The notes beneath the pieces were generated by a model, which searched no databases, had not been told where the DNA came from, and was given only the letters and a program-made list of their open reading frames with translations. DNA of 32,000 bases from Hyperthermus butylicus DSM 5456 (GTDB lineage: Archaea > Thermoproteota > Thermoprotei_A > Sulfolobales > Pyrodictiaceae). This document shows positions 28,085-32,000 of the stretch, in pieces. The position numbers and the translations under genes were made by a program. The DNA lies in assembly GCF_000015145.1 (NCBI RefSeq), contig NC_008818.1:60001-92000 (forward strand). Direction: 5' to 3'. Position 1 is the stretch's first letter. Each line of letters opens with the position of its first letter.

Positions 28085-29594
28085 CTCCCTGAGCCATGGC
28101 TGATACTATGTGCTTGTAGTTGAATGGCTTAGAGCACTCGCAGACAATTCTGCCGGCGCTCATAACGGCTATCCTGTCTGCCAGCTCAAAAAGCTCTTCA
28201 AGATCCTCGGATACGAGGAGAACAGCTGCACCTTCGTCGGCCGCTCTTGCTATGAGTCTGCGAACCCTCCTTGTAGCGTCAAAGTCGAGGCCTGCCGTGG
28301 GATTCATTGCCACTATGAGCCTGGGCTTTTTAGCCAGCTCACGTCCAAGGATGAAGCGTTGCATGTTACCTCCGCTAAGCGCCTCAACGGATGCGTCTAG
28401 ACCAGGAGTCTTTACCTCCATATCCTCCACTATCTTCTCCGTAAGCCTCCTAGCCCTACTCCACAACACCACTAGTCCACGGAACAAGCTTGTTCCACAA
28501 CTGTAAAAGCCGAGAACGGTGTTGAATACAAGGCTCTTACCTGGTACGAGTGCCCAGCCAAGCCTCTCCTCCGGTATAACAGCTGTGCCCAACCTAGCTC
28601 TCGCACCAGCTCCACGCCTTGTAACATCAACACCATCAATGATTATTGAGCCTCGTACTGGGATGCGTAAGCCTATAATAGCCTCGAATAGCTCTCGTTG
28701 CCCGTTACCAGCCACCCCAGCTATACCGTAGATCTCGCCACTCCTAACGCTAAACGCAGCTGCCTTCACCACGTAGCCGCGGCCGGGCTCACTAATCCAC
28801 ACATCCCGTACCACCAGCACCTCCCTGCTTCCCGGCTTAGCGGAGCGCTTAACCTCCATGCGTGGAGCTTCACCAAACATTAGCTGGAGGAGCTTTGCAG
28901 GCGTAGCCTCGCTACGGGGCATCACTGTTACAAGCTTGCCACGCCTCATCACGGCTATGCGGTCTGCAGCCTCTAACGCCTCCGGGATACGGTGAGTGAT
29001 GAGGACTACACTGCGCCCTTCACCCGCCAGCCTCCTGGCAAGGCCTAGAAGCTGCCTAGCCTCAAGCGGAGAAAGGTGCGTAGTGGGCTCGTCTAGGAGT
29101 AGCACTTGCGCATCCAAGAGCAACGCTTTGAGTATTTCCGCCCGCTGCCTCTCGCCCATAGTAAGTTCTCGCACCGGCTTATCAGGATCAACGTGTAGAC
29201 CATACTTTTCAGCTAGCTGCTGCAGTCTAGACACGACCTCGCTCCGCGAGAGCTTTCTGCCAGCAAGCCGGACAGCGAGCATAACATTTTCCGCAACAGT
29301 AAATGCCTCGATGAGGCGTGGATGCTGTGGCACGAGGACAATACCGGCGCGAACTGCATCACGGGGACTCCCAAACTGGACCTCCGAACCCCGATAGATG
29401 ATTCTCCCATGGTCAGGCCTCTGTAGCCCAGCAATTATGCTCACAAGGGTAGACTTGCCGGCACCGTTCTCGCCAAGTAGCGCGAGAACCTCCCCGGGGT
29501 ATAGATCCAGGTCTACATGGTCGTTAGCGACCACACCTCCTGGATAAACCTTCACAATGCCATGCAGCGAGAGAACTGGGGCAGCCTTGCCCAC
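28065..29594 (-). CDS. ABC transporter ATP-binding protein (tandem NBDs, sugar/nucleoside type)
   Basis: Walker A LLGENGAGKSTLV, signature LTMGERQRAEILKALL, Walker B VLLLDEPTTHL; second NBD LSGGNMQRFILGREL. Confidence 0.93.
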   Translation of the reverse strand: MGKAAPVLSLHGIVKVYPGGVVANDHVDLDLYPGEVLALLGENGAGKSTLVSIIAGLQRPDHGRIIYRGSEVQFGSPRDAVRAGIVLVPQHPRLIEAFTVAENVMLAVRLAGRKLSRSEVVSRLQQLAEKYGLHVDPDKPVRELTMGERQRAEILKALLLDAQVLLLDEPTTHLSPLEARQLLGLARRLAGEGRSVVLITHRIPEALEAADRIAVMRRGKLVTVMPRSEATPAKLLQLMFGEAPRMEVKRSAKPGSREVLVVRDVWISEPGRGYVVKAAAFSVRSGEIYGIAGVAGNGQRELFEAIIGLRIPVRGSIIIDGVDVTRRGAGARARLGTAVIPEERLGWALVPGKSLVFNTVLGFYSCGTSLFRGLVVLWSRARRLTEKIVEDMEVKTPGLDASVEALSGGNMQRFILGRELAKKPRLIVAMNPTAGLDFDATRRVRRLIARAADEGAAVLLVSEDLEELFELADRIAVMSAGRIVCECSKPFNYKHIVSAMAQGGGSVET

Positions 29595-29761
29595 TCCTTG
29601 CAGCCCGGGACGTGACGTATTGCCACGAGCTTACTAAGTTTATTCATAATACATTGTGCAGAAGGCCTACAGTAGATACTATGATCGAAACACCCGCTTG
29701 TGGGGCCGGGCTAGCTCTGAGCCGTGCAGGAGACCTGGTAGAGTTTCGTGGAAGTAAAATG

Positions 29762-30046
29762 CTAGCTACTGGAACTCCGCGGCTTTATGCCTAGCTCTTC
29801 GAGGAACTTACGTAGGGCCTCTACATTCCAGTCCCACTTAGTCTTCCTCCTCGTGTCAACGTAGAGGCCGAGCCTTCTCGCCTGTTCAACTGTCAGCCCC
29901 ACAGCCTCAAGCTCCGGTATGCTGAATCCTCTACCCTCCCGCAGACCCGGCTCCGCACCACCATACTTGAGTAGACGTGGCTTCTTCACTATAGCCCTTG
30001 GAGGCTCTACGCTCCTCTCCTGCGCCAATACCATACACCCCTCCAC
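29762..30046 (-). CDS. rpl13e: Ribosomal protein eL13 (L13e), crenarchaeal short form
   Basis: PPRAIVKKPRLLKYGGAEPGLREGRGFSIPELEAVGLTVEQARRLGLYVDTRRKTKWDWNVEALRKFLEELG. Confidence 0.85.
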   Translation of the reverse strand: MEGCMVLAQERSVEPPRAIVKKPRLLKYGGAEPGLREGRGFSIPELEAVGLTVEQARRLGLYVDTRRKTKWDWNVEALRKFLEELGIKPRSSSS

Positions 30047-30251
30047 TGCAGCCCCCCACGCCTAGGTCTTTAAACCTGGCGAGCACACAGAAAGAAGCCG
30101 CCACAACTTGATGATATGAAGCCCCAGCATGCAGCAGCCAATGCAAACAAAGCAGGTTTATGGATTCAACTACATGATGTGTCAAGCCTTGACAGAACTT
30201 GTACTACAAAATACCTCATGATTCCCGTGCCAACCCATCTCCACAAAGGCT

Positions 30252-30700
30252 TGGAAAAGGCCAAGAGACGAACGTTACAATATTAAGGCCTTACTTGCCA
30301 CAAGGCTTAGTTGCGGCCTTGACCCAAGCGTTACAGCCCTAGACTGCATCAGGGCTGACGGTGTCTACCTTAAGCAGACAAGAAAGGAACTAGAAAGAAT
30401 GATGTAGAACAAGGCGGCAGAGAGGGCTTGGGGATCGGTAGCTTCGGCCGTAAAGGCATACTCCTCATGAAGAGAGGCTTGGAGGCTTGAAAGCCGCAGG
30501 GAACCAGGGCTCTGCAATGATGTCCTCGCGGGGGAGCAAGGCTCCTGGGATGAGAAATGTCTCCGCCAGGCGAGCAGCCAACATACATGCTTCTATGGGG
30601 GTTCTGCGCCTGGTGAGACGTAGAAGACGTTCTTAAGAAGGCTGAAAGGCTCATACAAGAAACACGCAACAGGATAACCAAGACGGTTGAGGACACATAG
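30252..30700 (+). pseudogene. Decayed PaREP1/PaREP8-family protein (second copy)
   Basis: Frame 0 with stops: LLATRLSCGLDPSVTALDCIRADGVYLKQTRKELERMM*NKAAERAWGSVASAVKAYSS*REAWRLESRREPGLCNDVLAGEQGSWDEKCLRQASSQHTCFYG..., then a frameshift to DVEDVLKKAERLIQETRNRI. Stops at 30405-30407 and 30468-30470. Parallels the 8506-9033 element. Confidence 0.65.
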
Positions 30701-30857
30701 TGACTTGTAAAATTGATGCATTACCCTAGGTGCGTGGCTTTCCTCCTGCAAGCTTGCTCATATAGGATACCAATACCCTTTAGACGGCCCTGCTGCCACC
30801 CTTCAAGTACCACCCATGGTGTTTGCAGCATGGAGCACCCATGATCTAATGGTGTTG

Positions 30858-31334
30858 CTAGGCCTCCGCTGTTAGGGGTGAGGCGGGGTCCTCCTTTATT
30901 GCGCGAAGGGCGAGGCTTGTAACGGTTCGCTTGACGGCTGGCAGCTTGTTCACGGCCTTGATGAACTTGTCTAGCTCACTTACGCTCCTAAACTTCGCTA
31001 CGACTGCGAGATCGTAGTCGCCGGTGATATCATACACTGCGATAACGTTGGGAGACTTGGCGAGGTATTCTCCAACCTCTACTATGCGTCCCCCTTCAAC
31101 TTGCATTAGTATGAGAACAGTGACAGTATAGCCCAACACATCGTAGTCCGGTAGGACAGTAAACCTCCTTATAACCCCTGCTTTAACAAGCTTACTTAGC
31201 CGCGTGTGAACAGTTGATGCAGCAAGTTTTAATTCCCTTGCGAGCTCGCGTATACTCTGCCGCGCATTCATAGCCAGGAGCTTTACAAGCTTATAGTCAA
31301 CATCATCTATGCTAGCATGGCTCCGCGCAGACAA
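30858..31334 (-). CDS. Lrp/AsnC-family transcriptional regulator
   Basis: DDVDYKLVKLLAMNARQSIRELARELKLAASTVHTRLSKLVKAGVIRRFTVLPDYDVLG followed by a RAM domain (VYDITGDYDLAVVAKFRSVSELDKFI). Confidence 0.93.
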   Translation of the reverse strand: MSARSHASIDDVDYKLVKLLAMNARQSIRELARELKLAASTVHTRLSKLVKAGVIRRFTVLPDYDVLGYTVTVLILMQVEGGRIVEVGEYLAKSPNVIAVYDITGDYDLAVVAKFRSVSELDKFIKAVNKLPAVKRTVTSLALRAIKEDPASPLTAEA

Positions 31335-31481
31335 TCTGTTCAGCCCCAGGCTGCAGCTGTAAGGGGTGGTGCCCTAGAAAGGTGAATCCCTACCACCTAT
31401 TAATACTTCAATTCTGCCAGTTGCGGGGCGTGGGTAAAGCATACGCCTAGTGGAGAGTAAGAGAGATAATCCCAACGGACT

Positions 31482-31811
31482 ATGTGTATGCAACTACGCG
31501 GCGGGAGGGTTAGTCGAGAGTTGAGTGGCTTGCGCCGCCTAGTCCTCGACGTGCTTAAACCCCTAAAGGACCCGTCAATAGTTGATGTTGCTCTCGAGCT
31601 TGCAAAGGTTCCCGGCGTACAGGGCGTAAACATAACTGTCAACGAGGTTGATGTCGAGACGCTAAGCTTAACAGTCGTTATCGAAGGCGACAATATCGAG
31701 TTCGACGGCATTAGGAGGGTTCTCGAGGAGGTTGGAGCAGCAATACACAGTATCGACCAGGTGGTGGCTGGCGAGAAGTTTGTCGAAATTCCACGCAGAC
31801 CACAAGAATAA
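31482..31811 (+). CDS. DUF211 family protein
   Basis: LRRLVLDVLKPLKDPSIVDVALELAKVPGVQGVNITVNEVDVETLSLTVVIEGDNIEFDGIRRVLEEVGAAIHSIDQVVAG. Confidence 0.85.
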   Translation: MCMQLRGGRVSRELSGLRRLVLDVLKPLKDPSIVDVALELAKVPGVQGVNITVNEVDVETLSLTVVIEGDNIEFDGIRRVLEEVGAAIHSIDQVVAGEKFVEIPRRPQE

Positions 31812-31881
31812 GGCTGTCCTAGATGACTAGGGTAGGCTCGGGTTTTAGGAGGTGTGCGGGACCGTGGCCTCCAATCAACCC

Positions 31882-32000
31882 ATGGACAGAGAGAAGGAGT
31901 ACATAACTATAGAGGAGTTTGCCCGCATCGACCTACGTGTTGGCCGGGTTGTAGAGGCTGAGCGTATTCCTGGCACGAGGCTACTCCGCCTCATAGTGGA
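31882..32000 (+). CDS. tRNA-binding-domain protein (MetRS-C/EMAPII/CsaA-like), 5' part only
   Basis: MDREKEYITIEEFARIDLRVGRVVEAERIPGTRLLRLIV, characteristic OB-fold tRNA-binding start; runs off the window. Confidence 0.8.
   Translation, partial: MDREKEYITIEEFARIDLRVGRVVEAERIPGTRLLRLIV

Noticed and set aside
1-32000. Searched by eye for CRISPR-like regularly spaced repeats, transposase/integrase ORFs and toxin-antitoxin pairs
   Set aside because: No regularly spaced repeats and no recognisable transposase, integrase or Cas motifs; the only mobile-like signals are the two degraded PaREP1-family genes.

Overview
The window looks like a hyperthermophilic crenarchaeal chromosome segment; a Desulfurococcales/Pyrodictiaceae-type genome is my inference from protein style. 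Most of it is conserved archaeal housekeeping: RIO2 kinase, ArsR and Lrp regulators, an AbrB-PhoU protein, Trm10-like and Trm5-like methyltransferases, a phosphoribosyltransferase, a DUF460 protein, archaeal MAT, an Sm-like protein, a geranylgeranyl-reductase-like protein, a secreted Lon-like protease, family-4 UDG, uridine phosphorylase, a ubiquitin-like protein with a tRNA-thiolation enzyme, a BMP-type nucleoside ABC transporter without a visible binding protein, eL13, and DUF211. There are two tRNA genes: tRNA-Val(GAC), and tRNA-Cys(GCA) with a 25-nt intron. The most notable signals are not single ORF calls. (1) Two decayed members of what I recognise as the PaREP1/PaREP8 family lie at about 8506-9033 and 30252-30700, fragmented by frameshifts and stops. 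(2) A perfect 16-bp tandem duplication at 6662-6693 exactly explains a frameshift; removing one copy fuses two reading frames. (3) An in-frame TAA at 5899-5901 splits one continuous membrane-protein ORF. (4) A dense GC-rich block of three consecutive strong hairpins at 12985-13143 lies upstream of the DUF460 gene and may be a structured RNA. (5) The stretch from 5142 to about 9280, just after tRNA-Val, is a mosaic of decayed genes and orphan Cys-rich / HExxH proteins. I did not find a convincing complete novel defence or mobile system, and no CRISPR array. Family assignments come from motif recognition only; no database search was run.
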